NCBI GenBank assembly: GCA_054600435.1
Contig: BAAIJX010000075.1
Span: 1 to 64,000, forward strand
Direction: 5' to 3'
Origin: Neophaeotheca triangularis
Lineage: Eukaryota
Length of the DNA: 64,000 nucleotides
Shown here in pieces: positions 37,765-50,071 of this stretch. Both the position numbers and the translations under genes were made by a program. Below the pieces are notes generated by a model. That model saw only the letters and a list, made by a program, of their open reading frames with translations. It was not told the origin of the DNA and made no database searches. Every line of letters starts with the position of its first letter. Position 1 is the first letter of the stretch.

Positions 37765-38775
37765 CTAAGAGCGGTAAGAAGCACCTCCAGACTCCTTCAT
37801 GAGCTGATTATGACGGGCCTCAGCATCCTGGTGAGCGGCAGCCCTAGAAGCCTTACGCTTGCGCATGACGAGGAAGACAGCAGCTCCACCAACCAACAGA
37901 CCGCCGAGAATGGAGCCAACGCAGATACCAGCGACAGTGCCGCTGCTGAGACCAGAGCTTCCTCCGTTGTCGTCGTTGCTGTTGTTGGGCAGGTTCTCCT
38001 CATCCTCATTTTCGTCCGAGTTGGCGCCGCGAGAGGCTGCGACAGGCTCGTTGGGACATTCGCCTTCACGGTAGTCAAACCAGGGACCGACAAATTTGTC
38101 GCAATTGCTGAAGGCGCGTGGGTTAGGTGGAGGCTGGTGGGAGGTGTGTGACTTGATGAGGAGACTTACTCGTAGAGGCAGGCCTTGACGTCGGTGGCGA
38201 AATCGGCGTTCTCGCAGAGGCAGGATGTCTGGTTGCTGTGTTGATGTCAGTGTGCCGTGCGCAAGCTATGCACACGAAGCGGGAGAAACCCAACGACTTA
38301 CTAGTTGCCAGAACCGCACTGGTCCTTGCCAGCTTGCTCCTGGCAGTCGAGACCACACTGGGTGAGCCATCCGCCCACGTCGTCGAGAGTCAGACCCTTT
38401 CCACCTTGAGCGGTCTCTTGTTGTTCGCCGTCACAGAAGTCGTCGACATTATCGTAGAAGACGCTGACGTCGCTGTCGCAGTTTTCGTTGTACAAGCAAG
38501 CCTTGACACCGTCAGTGAAGTCGGACGAGCAGTAGCATGCTTTGGTCTCGCTTTTGGGAACTCGTTAGTGACTAGTTGTGGATCTGCGAGGGAGGGCAAT
38601 ACGTACTAGTTGTCGCCACAGCCAGCCTCTTCAGCAACGGACGATTGGCAGTTGATAATGCAACTCGAGAGTCTGGACATGTGGGTTAGCATCCATGTTG
38701 GTGTTGTGGGAACGAATGAGCATACGCATTGGCGGCAGCAGCGCCGCTGAGAACGGCGAGAGTGGTCCACTTCAT
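37765..38775 (-). CDS. Type I membrane protein with two tandem CFEM-like 8-Cys domains; exons 38726-38775, 38607-38672, 38302-38550, 38170-38235, 37765-38107
   Basis: Signal peptide, two C-x3-C..C..CxC..C..C..C blocks, TM helix GTVAGICVGSILGGLLVGGAAVFLVM followed by RKRK; four canonical introns preserve frame. Confidence 0.8.
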
Positions 38776-40286
38776 GTTGGCTAGAATAGTCGATGGACCG
38801 GATAGGCGATTGTTAAAGGACTGCAAGATGTTGGATTGGCAGGATGCTAAATGCTGAAGAAAGACGAGGACGTTGACGGCCCTATATATGTCTTCTATAC
38901 CTAGTCCATAGCAGCCAAGAACAGGCGGAATCGTTCCATGGGACTGCAACATGCCACTTTACCGGCTTGCCCTTCTGTTTGGTAGCCAAGAGGCACCTGC
39001 ATCGCATAATGTGGGATATTGCCTTTGCACTTGGTAATGGAAAGGCACGAAGGTAGCAGTAGTGTTCGAGTGTTGGGAAAAGGTGGACTGCGAGTGTAGC
39101 AAGTTCTGGCGCCAGAAGTGATCTGATAAGATGATCATCTTATCTGATTGGATCTGATAGCCAGAGGCTCCGCTTGAGTCTGCTTCTGGCGAGCCAACCC
39201 TACGCCAGCCCTAGATGCAGCTCCACGCTGTGCCGAAGGAGAAACTTGCTCGCCGACGTCGCAGCGGCTTACGGCCGTCTGCGGAGACGGTCTGCGCGGG
39301 ACATCAAGCTTGGCGAGTTTTATCAGATCTTGTGATTGCTCGGAATCAGTTTTCTTGACATGGTGCCAAGTCCGCTCCTCTGCCTTTCGTTCCGCCGTCG
39401 TGACGGGGGGTCTGGAAGAGGCAAGAGTCCCACCAACCGGCTCAAGGGTCTTGTAGGGCTGATACAACAACACATGGTCCCGAGGCATTCCGTCGATGCT
39501 ACTCGCTCATTCATTGCAGCGTTGAGTTGCCAAGCGTAACAAGGGTGGTCGTTGTCGGCAGACGGTCGTTGGCTGAGGAGGGAGCTACCTCAATACCTAC
39601 ATAGCTTGCATACTTGGTACATTGGAAGGGACGAGAAGCCCCAGCACTCGTAGAAGGTTAACTACCAGCATGGCATCGTAGGTAGAAGCGAAGTCATATC
39701 AGAATGGCGTGCTTTTGATCAAGGCATCGCATCGCTCTAGCATCACATCGCTTGGGCGATCCAATAGTACTTCTTACGTTACTGGGGAACGCTGATGTTT
39801 TCAATCGCGCAGTGTCGGTGTACTGAGGACGATGGCTCGCTGGTGACACTCTCCACCCGTGTGCCTGAACGACTCCTAAGCGATATAATTCATACATGGT
39901 CAACGGTCCTCCGGTTCTGGGTCAGCCGTGCCTTCCAGAGCGTTGAGAAGAACCACCCGTTGCAGCACCCGAAGAGCAAGGTTCACGGCTTGGCCATAGA
40001 TGGTTCTGCATTGCCGGCCATGGCAGATGCGGCTCTGGTTGCAGTCGTGCGGACTCGACGGACTCGTAAAGCTGTCTGGTTACAGGGTTTCGGGCGATCG
40101 TAGAGCTCCATCAAGTCAAGCGGCTAGATAGAACGGCATCTAGGTATGCCGCTTCGAGCTTCGAGCGCATTTCATCCCACACTTGGTAACATGACTTCCT
40201 GAATCTCAATTTTCACGGCTTCGGTGGTGTAGCGTGATTGGGGGTGGAAGGCCGAGGACGGGGCGCAGAAGGAATCTCCATCCTCC

Positions 40287-41158
40287 CTACAGCCTCCTCA
40301 CACTGAACATCAGCCTCATGACTGGGCCTGGCGAGTCCCCAGTTGCATTCTTGCGTTCCGTGCTCTGCCACTGCACCAGTCTCCCTTCCGTCTGGAAGCG
40401 AAGACCACCCACCTCTTCCCCTACTTCATCCCACAAGCGTCTCCAGCTATCCACGTTATGGCGATACATCAGTCCACCGCCCTGTCGCTCTGTCTCGTGA
40501 GGGTGCTCCGCCCCGACCATCCTGCCCACCAAGAGCGAATTGGACTCCTGTCGCAAGAGCCTGGCGACACGATGCGCGACCATTTTCTGCTGTTCGTAGC
40601 CAAAGAGGTGGAAAAAGGAACTCGCGACAACGATGTCGACCTTACCATCCAAGGTGGAAAGCCTCGAAGCCTCGTCGAAGATGTCGGCTTCGATGAAGCT
40701 GGACTTGAGCCAGTTTCTGTCTCTGAAGAGGTCGTAGCCAAGCTCCATGAAAGGCTGTTGCAAGTCGCAACCGTAGCAGTTTGCCGAGTCCACACCGTCC
40801 GCTACGAGTCGGCGGATGTCCTGTCCAAAGCAGCACCCGAGATCGAGAAGAGTTTCATTGCCAGTTTTCATGCGTTGTAGGACTTCAGGGTAGAGATCAT
40901 GGTGTCCGAGGGAGAGCTCGAGGAATCGCCATTGACCGATGCACGGGTAGGGAAAGATTGCCCAGGCTTTTTCGCGCTACTCTTCGCATGAGATGGGACC
41001 GCTGTCGAGATACTACTGTATGTCTGGTTTTCACCTACCACTGCCACTACATGGTCGTTGACCTCGCCGGGCGCAATCTTGCTGTACGACTCGAGCAGGT
41101 CTCGGGTCGGCGCGGGAATGTCGCGGAGCTCCATGTCATACCATCGCTCGGGCTTCAT
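40287..41158 (-). CDS. Class I SAM-dependent methyltransferase (AusD/Trt5-like family); intron 40977-41038; start codon uncertain
   Basis: LLESYSKI, REKAWAIFPYPCIGQWRFL, LLDLGCCFGQDIRRLVADG, SSFFHLF and HNVDSW motifs. Confidence 0.88.
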
Positions 41159-41571
41159 GTCGCTAACGTATGGTATCAATGTAAATGTTGGAATGGGACG
41201 AATGACTGCACATGCGTTTCGTTGCTGGTCTTACAGGTTCGAGGCGTTGCCACCTACTACATCATCCGTCGAACCGACAGTTGACAGCCAACCAACTAAA
41301 AGTTATCTCCTCGGTGCAGTGTTCATTCATACAAGGTTGGTAATCACCTACGCGGGGTGTGACGCCAGCGCAATCGACGTCATATCAACAGCGTTTGAGT
41401 GCGGCCAAGGACGGGCTCAAAGGGTAAAAAGGTAAGTTAGCTCCCGTTGAGTTATTCAAAGTCTCTCTCGTATCTTGCGTCGAGCAATACCTTACCCGCA
41501 CAAATCTTTTCCAATCCAATCCAGTCCAGTCCAGTCCGACAAATCCACGACAGAAGCAGCATCAAGAAGCC

Positions 41572-42390
41572 ATGTCTTCCCTCATCGACAAAGCGAAGAG
41601 CAAGCTCTCAGGCGACAAGGGATCCGGAGGTAGCGACAAGCCCAAGGTCCTCTTCGTCCTGACCTCCCATAACAAAATGGGCGACACCGGCAACCCCACC
41701 GGCTGGTACCTACCCGAGTTCGCCCACCCCTACTACAAGATGGAAGGCAAAGCCGACATGACCATTGCCTCGCCCAAAGGTGGCGAAGCCCCCCTAGATC
41801 CCAGCTCAGTCGAGATGTTCAAAGAGGACGCCGAAGCGCAAAAGTTCCTCAACGAGAAGGAGAGCCTGTGGAAGAACACGCAGAAGCTTAGCAACTTTGT
41901 CGGCAAGGCGAAGGATTTCGATGCCGTCTTTTACGTCGGAGGCCACGGCCGTGAGTCTCTACCCATACCTTCTTTCTCCAACGGTGTTTCTGGAAAACTG
42001 ATATGAACTTTTCAAGCCATGTTCGATCTCGCCACCGACTCGCAGTCACAAGAGCTGATCCGCGAATTCTACGACCAAGGCAAGGTCGTCTCGGCCGTCT
42101 GTCACGGCCCGGCGGCTCTGGCCAATGTCAAGCTCAGCGACGGCTCCTACCTGATCAACGGCCAGGAAGTCACTGGTTTCACCAACACGGAAGAAGACCA
42201 GGTCGGGCTCAGCGCCGCCATGCCTTTCCCGCTGGAGACGAAATTGCAGGAGAATGGCGGCAAGTTCATCAAGGCGGACCCGTGGGCGGCCAAGGTCGTA
42301 AGCAGTGGCAAGGATGGCAAGTTGATTACGGGACAGAACCCGGCGAGCGCGGCGCCCATTGGGGACGCGATTCTCAAGGCCATCTCCTAA
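41572..42390 (+). CDS. DJ-1/PfpI family Hsp31-like glyoxalase III; intron 41951-42016
   Basis: KVLFVLTSH, TGWYLPEFAHPY, VGGHGPMFDL, SAVCHGP (nucleophile Cys) and LITGQNPASA motifs. Confidence 0.95.
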
Positions 42391-43179
42391 GTCTTTGAGG
42401 ATGCTATACGTTAGATTACGATGAACGAGTCTTCGCACGACTGAATCCATCTGCCTCTTCGATGTGCCCGAATCTTGTGGAGTCTTGTAACCGTTTCCCC
42501 TGTGCAGAATTCGAGAGCTAATACTGCTGACTACAGCCCAGCACTCTCGCGGCAATCAGGCGGGACCTCCACGGCAAAAAAGGCGCGACTCGGATAATGG
42601 GAGCACGGTAAGGGTAGGGAATCCAAGTGGTATCAGCAGTCTTGCAAGAGGCTTTTACGACGCGAGCTCTCCTGATAGTTTCAATCTACTGTTGAGTAGG
42701 GTAAGTGTGAATCCCGCTTGAAAACTCCCCCTCTCTTCTCTTTTTACCAATCTTCGCCTCGCTCTTTACCATTGTCATCGTTTTGTTTCGGTTAAATTGC
42801 CTTTTGAATTTGTCATCTGGATTTTACAGGACGGTGCTGCGATGAGGGTGGCGAATAAGGGCCCGAGGTGTTGTTGACGTATTCCACACGCAATGGGTCT
42901 AATCCATCGCACAACAGGAGGGGATATGATATGCCAAAAAGCGGAAGATTTGTCTACGTCCAACTTTATACCTCACATGGAAGAAAAGAGGACACGGTAG
43001 ATGAAAGACAGAGAAATGTCTACCAACTTCCTATCAACTCAACCTAACCATCCACCACTAATCCAGCAGATGGTAACAATCTACCACCCACCAAAGGAAA
43101 GGAGCAACAACTCCAATCCTCGAAGTCTCCGAGTTCATTCAGACCCAAAGCACCATCAGAATTTGCCAAAGCAGTGCAC

Positions 43180-43795
43180 TTAAGCATAAGCAGCAACCGC
43201 CTCAGCAAAATCACCATCAATAGTATCAAGAGCCGCCTGCCCGCTCGCCTTGGTCTCAGCAGCAGCCTTGTCGATCAAAGCATCACCAAGATCGTTGGTC
43301 TTGCCCCTCAGGGTGTTGAGGTCGCCACGGACGGTGCCGGCGAGCCCAGCGCGCTGGAATTGCGACTTCTTGGCCACGAGGGCGTCGAGAGTGGCTTCAA
43401 TGTCGGGCTCGAGAGTGTCGTTGATGTACGCGATGATGGCTTGGGAGTCGGAAGCCGAGAGCGGGTTGCTGGCTTGCGCGGTAGATGTGGCCGCGTCGAT
43501 GTCGTCTTCGAGTTGGGATTCGGAGCTTTGGATCGGGAGGGCTGCGAAGAGGCCGCCGTTGTACTATGACGGGGATGTGGGTTAGTCTTGGGTCCCTTTT
43601 TTTTTTTTCTTGGGGCAGGGAAGTGTGAGACTGGGGACGACGTACGCCGTTGACTTGCGAGGTCAGCTGGCGGAGGTCGGAGTCGATGGTCTCGAGGCTG
43701 TTTTGGATCGAGGCGGCGTCGCGCTTGATGACGCTGGCGGAGACGCTGGCAGAGATGGCCAGGGCGCCGAAGATGAGGTTCTTGACGGACAACAT
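43180..43795 (-). CDS. Hydrophobic surface binding protein A (HsbA)/cell-wall mannoprotein-like secreted protein; intron ~43564-43645
   Basis: Signal peptide plus KRDAA, then L..QVNG|YNGG..AL and LDALVAKKSQF..AG...V..DL; helical HsbA pattern, ~177 aa. Confidence 0.85.
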
Positions 43796-46125
43796 TGCGG
43801 TTGATTTGAGACGGTGGAGTCTGGTGGATTTGAAGTGTTGGTTGTTGGAGAGACTGGTGATGGCTGGATGATAATCTTTTTGTCTCAGAGGCGACTTGAT
43901 TCTTCTTATACCTTCACGCCCTCGCTCTTAGGGTCTCTTCCATGAGGAGGCCTAACATCGTTCCTAGTCACCTTGACGTCCTCGGTACTCGGTCGAGATC
44001 GGTAATACGAAGTCATTTTCTAGTGAAGCAACGGTATGCGACGTCTAAGTCTGAGCCAATGTCACTGCAACGTGAGTTTGAACTCCATACTACTCCATAC
44101 ACCAGACTTTTGAGCCTGTCGATCACCACTCTACAGACTTGGACAATCTCGCGCGAGCACACCAAGCCGACGAATCTCCCCAAGGGACAGCCTCGTCGAG
44201 GAAGAATACCCCTCAATCCAAGGAAAAGGAGAGCTTCAACAAGAAGACGGCTGTCGGAGACCAACGTGAGCTTGGGGGTTAGGCTGTCAACCTAACTCGT
44301 CAGAAGCTGTTGCAGATCTCTTATTAGACGCTCACCGCCGCGCCAGAGCAATATGTCCGGCGACAGGTACTATTTGTGAGAGGTGCCTTATGCGTTAAAG
44401 CACTCGGGAAGGTCTGCGGTGCGGGCCTGTTGATCGGATGGCGCAAGCCACTCGCAAGCCAGCCGGATCCCACGGAGATTTCATTTTGGCGATCTGAGCG
44501 GTGGCAGGCAAGGCACGATTAACGTTTGTCAATAAGGTTGAAGCATAAGAGGAGAAGAGGGGTTTAGCGGAGATGGTTGTCCTGCGGGGAAGAGTTTGGC
44601 GCTTTTGGCTTCGATGCTTGTCGGAACTTGCCTTGCAGTCTCCACTCCGTAGCGTCTTGTTTGGTCTTTGCCTATCATTTCTTTCTTGCGACAATCTTTT
44701 GCTAGTTGACTGCTGCATCCGTCTTGCTTGCTTGGGCATACGGAAGTATTTTACTTTGGAAGAGTTTGATCTTTGAAGCTGCAAATTTTACTTCTAACCC
44801 CAGCTGCAATCACACCGTGCAGTACCCGAGGTCCTAAGGCGACGACCACCCCAAGGGCCGAGGGTATCATGCCAGTGTGTCTTCTTTCGGTGAAGGCGCT
44901 TAATACGCCAAAGACGCACAGTGGATTGCAGAGTTGTCGTCCGCAGCGCCTCTGCTGGCCCAAAAATGGAGATTAGCACTTGACATGGGGTCCAAGGCGA
45001 CACCCAGACCGAGGATGATTTCGGTATGCCAATCCTCCTCCTCCTCCAGACTATAGCGAGGTGTAGCATTGGCGGAAGCCGGTGCTGTTTCCAGAGCCAG
45101 TGCTTCAGCTGCAAACCAGACCGCTCGGAGATGCTCCAATCCAACGAGGAGGGGTTGTAACCTTGCGATTCGAGAGTTCCGTTGCGCGGAGCATGTGGTG
45201 GACTTTGAAGGAAAAGGCTCCCTGCCGGACCGTCTCGTACCCCCGGTTGGCCCTCCCAGCGACGAGCAGCTGATAAGTAGACGGGTATGAGCGAGCTTCT
45301 TGCTTACTCTAGAGCCGTCGACGTTCCTGAAGATCATGTGCGCGAGACTGTCTATTTCAGAGGTCATGCGACTTGCTCGGCACCTTTGACCTCTCGTGGT
45401 CGCCATCGAGCAGGAACAACAATGATCTCCCCGTTAGGTCCACAAAGGCTCTCACTCGACAGGGACAAGTTTTTTCAACGCCCTGAAGAGCATTACTGAA
45501 GCTAGGCACGACGTTGCAACAAAGATCGCCGTAATGCAGGCCGAAAGTGCCGCGATGCCTACAACTGAAGCTCTTCTCGATTGCTCCCCGTTTCACAACA
45601 AGGGCGGGACCCTATGAGATCAGCTTGCTTCGCTCAAAGCAAACGGAGGCAGCGAGAGCAGACAATGCCTAGGGCAAGATAGCAAGCCGTCCTCTTTTCA
45701 GCAAAGATTGTCAAACCTCGCAAGTAGCAACGAGTAGTCTTCGGTCTCCCTGTACCACTTACATTCTACCACCTCACCCGAATTGCAGACCTCTCACCCC
45801 AAATCTCGCAATCACTCCCCTACAGTAAGGTAGAGCCAAGTGCTCATAATAAAACTTCATCGTGCAAGACTGGCAATTCGAAGACCCCATAGCGGTAGGT
45901 CTACTTTTCCCTCTCAGCTCACAAGCCTCGTAAACTGAAGTGTTAGGTTGTTCCTTTCAAAGTAGGAAACGAACGATTATTCAAGCAGAGCCATTGCCAT
46001 CCGAAGAAGAAAGGTGAAAAGTCAGAAGAAAAACCTGCCTAAGGGGTATGGCTAGCGGCTTACGAATCTAGGCAGAGAGAAAAACCAGAGATTAGAAACA
46101 GAAAGGAAGAGAATGCAACGACCAC

Positions 46126-46242
46126 ATGTGCAAAGTGCACACGGCTATTGTACAAAAATGTTTATAGTGTATCTTTACATATATGTGCAAAGTGCACACG
46201 GCTAATGTACAAGAATGTCTACAGTATATCTTTACATATATG
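46126..46242. repeat. Direct tandem duplication of a 57-bp AT-rich unit (46126-46182 / 46183-46239)
   Basis: atgtgcaaagtgcacacggcta(t/a)tgtacaa(a/g)aatgt(t/c)ta(t/c)agt(g/a)tatctttacatat, two copies with 5 mismatches. Confidence 0.92.
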
Positions 46243-46438
46243 CGTACATGCACAACAAGGTTCGTTCGACACCACGGCGACTAAACAACCATTCAACCGA
46301 CTTCCCTGAGCGACAAACTCACCACTGGTACCAGACGCCCCGCCGCTGCCGCCCTCCCAAAGCGCCTCGCTAATCATTCAAGACCACCCTAATCAACCAA
46401 CCTCCCCCCCACACCCTTCGCGTCCCGTCACCTCATCC

Positions 46439-49400
46439 CTACCAGAGCCCCTCAAACTTCCAATTACTCGCCTGGCCGCAATAAACCGCACACTCATCAT
46501 CTCGCGGCCAGCCACCCCATTCCTCGACCCCCTCAACAACAGACCTCAAGTCCCTAAGCACCCACGCAGGAGCCGGCGACCTCAGTTCCTCCAAAGTCCC
46601 AACACGAGCTGGTTCAGAAGCGGAAGCAGTCGTGGAATTCTCAGCGCTGCCATCCTCTTCCCCATGTTCACCAATCTCATCCGGCACCCCACCGACCTCT
46701 TGCGGAAGAAACGCGCGTTCCCCCATCGCTCTCACAGCAACGATGGCCCGACGTTGAAGTCTCTGCCCATTGAAAGCTTCTTTGACTTGACGCCGCTGTC
46801 TTAGACTGTCTTCATGCCGAGCCATCCATCGGACTAGAATGAGGATTTCTGGCCACTGGGCTGAAAGACCAAGGGCGCGGATGAGAGCGTGCAGGAGAGC
46901 TGGGGAGGGGGGTTGGAGGAGAGGGGCTTGCTCGTCGCGGTGGTCGGGGTCAACATGCTCGTCATCAGTCATGCCGATTCCCAACACTCCCCTCGCTACC
47001 TCCCACAACCTCCGACACGAGTGCAAAGTCTTCTTCGCCACTTCGACGGCCGGGTCTGTAGGTATTTGCTTCGCTCTCTCCGAGCTTGGTGGGTCTGGGT
47101 CGCTGAGTAGGATTCGCCAACAGGCTAGAGTGGTGTTCTCGACGACAATGCAGAATGGTCTCAGCATGGCTTCGTCGATATCACCGTGCAGATTGCGGGC
47201 AGCGTGGAGGGTTTGCTGGGCTAGGCGGAAGTTGACGATGTGGGGGAAATTGGGGTTGTAGGGTTGCGTGAGGGAGCTTTGGGAGATTGTGGGAGATTGA
47301 TTGGCGTCCTGGGCTTGGCTTTGGGTTCGTATTGGTTGGACGAGAGCGAGAGCTGGCTTGTGGCTGGGTGCGAGTTGGCTGTGATATTTTGCTAGGCCTT
47401 GGAGGAGAGTGTGGAAACTCGGGGGATGGAAGGTGGGACGTGAGGAGACGAGTTTGGTTGCGTGCACGAGGGAGTGGACGGGGTTTGCGCGGAGGAAGGT
47501 GTCAGCTTGATTGTGTTCCCGGTCTAGAGCCTGGTCTTGGTCGGAGCGGGTGGTGTGTCTGGTAGTGATCCATCGCGATGGAGGCCGGGCATGCATGTGT
47601 TTGCACAACGCGGCTATGAAGGCGTGAAAAAGCTTGTCGGGGAGAGTGTCGAGGCTGTGGTCGTGCCTCCAGCCGAGCAGGTCTAAAATGGCTGGGTGGC
47701 GATCGCTGGCGGAGCGAAGGTACTCGACAGAATGGCGGAGCATGCTCGCGTTGGCTACAAGAAATGCTAGGCAGCGATCTTGTAATTGGACGCCTCTTTC
47801 GCTGAGGTTGCGATAGAAATCGTCCATAGACGGTGGTTGGCTGCGTGTATACGTTTCTAGATGCGTCGAGGGGGGTAAAGGTGCGATCTCCCGAGCATCA
47901 CCTGGGTAGACGTGGCGAGTCGCGTAAAGATTCGTACTGCTTACAGTCTCTCCATCAGCCATTGCCCAATGTCGCCGTTCTTCCTGGTGAAGCTTGCGTA
48001 AGATGGCAAGATTGACATCCTCTGAAGGCGGCAGCTTCATATCTTCGTATGCCAAATAACAAGCCCAGGCCTCCTGGATTGTGCGCGTGGTTTCAATACG
48101 AGCGGCCCAAGGCAAGGATTCGCGGTCCCTACCCTGAAAAGCTGCGCTAGGTTTGACAAACAAGGTTCGTGTTTGTATTGTAGGCGTTCCATCGGGATCC
48201 CAGCCAGCGTACAATTTGGCGGCCCTCTCCCACGCTCGAGGTCCATAGCCAGCTTCTGCCATTCGGAACAAGGTGTGACCAGCTCTCGTTGTGCCATAAT
48301 CGAGACCAATCGAGGCGTCCATTGCAGTACGCTCTTCTTTCCAAGGTGGCCATGATAACGCTTTCAACTCAGCCCACTGCTTTTCAGATGAAGTCTTGCC
48401 CTGCGCTAGTTGTAGACGTATCACAGCGCGGTAGCCTTCTCGATTGAGAGCAAGAGGTGGCTGAAAGTCGGCCATATATTTCAGCACCCCGAGCAAAGCC
48501 TCCTGTTGATGCACGTTGTTCTTGAAAGGCGACTCTGAGGCTGGGAAAGATAATAGGCTGAGCACTTTGTTGGTGCGGTGGGTTAGTAGGGCTAGTTGCT
48601 TGCGGTTCAAGCCTTCTTCGTTTTCCATATCGGGCCGAGGCAAAGACTGCAGTAGTAAGGCTGTTATGCTTTCTATAGCTTCGGGCAGTACTTCTTTGGC
48701 GTGTCGAAGCATACGAACGAACGTAATCATGGAAGTATTCGAAAGGGAAGACGCTGATCGAGAGAACGAAGATGAGTGCCACGCATGATTGAGAAGTACA
48801 CGAATTGCACTTGAACCAAGGTATCGGCGGCGTAGAAGGTAACGCAGAATTGCATCGGACGGCTTAATGTCCCCGTGGGCTCTTGAGGTTTCAACCAGCC
48901 TGGTGGCAGCTTTCAGAGGGTCCGCATCCTGCAGTATCGAGGACCACGCCTCAATGTCTTGTAGGGAGCAGTCATTAGCCCGTAATAGTTCCTCCTCCTC
49001 GTTCGTCAATTTAAAGTAGGATGCTGCAACTTGTCGGTCAGTCGCAGAAGTACCAGCATGCATGATGTATCGTGCGACAATAGAAGTGAGTGATATTGTC
49101 AACACGCTGTCCGGATGCGCAACCCAATCATTGGCGTGTCTTTTAGCATTTTTCGCGTCCACCTCCCTGCGTTCTCCGGGGTTGCCATGAGACAGGTCGC
49201 GCGCGGTTGTTGGCGGTGGTTTGGGTAAGACTGCTTCGTTCCCCGCAGTGTTCAAGGCAGTGGTGATAGGGTGCTGCCACTTTCGCCGGCGGTTGCGCGT
49301 CTTCTTCGATATCGCTCCTCCATTTTCCGAGTGAATGTTGCTGTCAGCTTTTTGTCGAATCGTGCGTCTGCTGACAGTGGCCTTCCGAGATTCCAGGGAA

Positions 49401-49552
49401 GACGCTGTGGAGCATCTTCTTGGGCTATGTCGATCATGTCCAGCAGTTCGGCATTCGGACAGGGTTATCGAAACGAAAGAAGGTCGAGGATGGTGAAAGT
49501 TACGCAGAACAAGGGACAGTTGTCTGCCGAGTGGCGTCAGTCCATGTGGCAT
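46439..49552 (-). CDS. Conserved-looking fungal hypothetical protein, 1037 aa, probably mitochondrial with PPR-like helical repeats
   Basis: Long intronless ORF with an Arg/Ser-rich presequence-like N-terminus; helical blocks such as WPPWKEE, GWDPDGTPTIQTR, WAARIETTRTIQEAWAC and LHALIRALG. The PPR-like call is inference. Confidence 0.75.
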   Translation of the reverse strand: MPHGLTPLGRQLSLVLRNFHHPRPSFVSITLSECRTAGHDRHSPRRCSTASSLESRKATVSRRTIRQKADSNIHSENGGAISKKTRNRRRKWQHPITTALNTAGNEAVLPKPPPTTARDLSHGNPGERREVDAKNAKRHANDWVAHPDSVLTISLTSIVARYIMHAGTSATDRQVAASYFKLTNEEEELLRANDCSLQDIEAWSSILQDADPLKAATRLVETSRAHGDIKPSDAILRYLLRRRYLGSSAIRVLLNHAWHSSSFSRSASSLSNTSMITFVRMLRHAKEVLPEAIESITALLLQSLPRPDMENEEGLNRKQLALLTHRTNKVLSLLSFPASESPFKNNVHQQEALLGVLKYMADFQPPLALNREGYRAVIRLQLAQGKTSSEKQWAELKALSWPPWKEERTAMDASIGLDYGTTRAGHTLFRMAEAGYGPRAWERAAKLYAGWDPDGTPTIQTRTLFVKPSAAFQGRDRESLPWAARIETTRTIQEAWACYLAYEDMKLPPSEDVNLAILRKLHQEERRHWAMADGETVSSTNLYATRHVYPGDAREIAPLPPSTHLETYTRSQPPSMDDFYRNLSERGVQLQDRCLAFLVANASMLRHSVEYLRSASDRHPAILDLLGWRHDHSLDTLPDKLFHAFIAALCKHMHARPPSRWITTRHTTRSDQDQALDREHNQADTFLRANPVHSLVHATKLVSSRPTFHPPSFHTLLQGLAKYHSQLAPSHKPALALVQPIRTQSQAQDANQSPTISQSSLTQPYNPNFPHIVNFRLAQQTLHAARNLHGDIDEAMLRPFCIVVENTTLACWRILLSDPDPPSSERAKQIPTDPAVEVAKKTLHSCRRLWEVARGVLGIGMTDDEHVDPDHRDEQAPLLQPPSPALLHALIRALGLSAQWPEILILVRWMARHEDSLRQRRQVKEAFNGQRLQRRAIVAVRAMGERAFLPQEVGGVPDEIGEHGEEDGSAENSTTASASEPARVGTLEELRSPAPAWVLRDLRSVVEGVEEWGGWPRDDECAVYCGQASNWKFEGLW

Positions 49553-50071
49553 GCATCAATTGTCGTCCGTCGAGAGACAGCAAAGGTGCCAGGAAGAGAA
49601 GAGGAGAAAGATGAAGGTGATAGGGTGCGGGATGGGATGAGGTCGCAAAGAAAGACGAAAGTGGAAAGAGGTCGCATTGCAAAATTCTGGGGAAGGTAAG
49701 CCGAGGCAAGGTGAAGCCAGGGACGGACTCACGGTCACGGAGATGGCGGTACGAGACAACAGAAGAAGCGACGACAACAACACCAAACGTCTTCTTCTGA
49801 AGGTCCATAACGCGTACTACTTTACATTGTCCGTGTCTTCTAAAATCATTCCTCACACATCAACACTTCACCACCATCATAAGGTACTTACTAGTATTAT
49901 TGCAACAACAACTTTGACCACGTGACTGAATCCTCAGGCTTGGCGCAAAAGTCCGCGTCGCGTTGACGAGTTCCGCCCGCTGGCTGCCTCTCCACGTCTG
50001 AAGTGGTTGTGAAGCTTCAAGTGACTACAGGACCCCCTCGCGGCATCCACTCCTTTTACCTCTCGCGCGCC

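Noticed and set aside
40287..43795. Secondary-metabolite cluster around the methyltransferase (and the distant asaB-like gene)
   Set aside because: No PKS, NRPS, terpene synthase or cluster transcription factor lies in the window, and the neighbours are unrelated housekeeping or stress genes.
46126..46242. CRISPR-like interpretation of the 57-bp repeats or the GCTAC array
   Set aside because: The genome is eukaryotic, the copies are directly adjacent without unique spacers of CRISPR size, and there are no cas genes.
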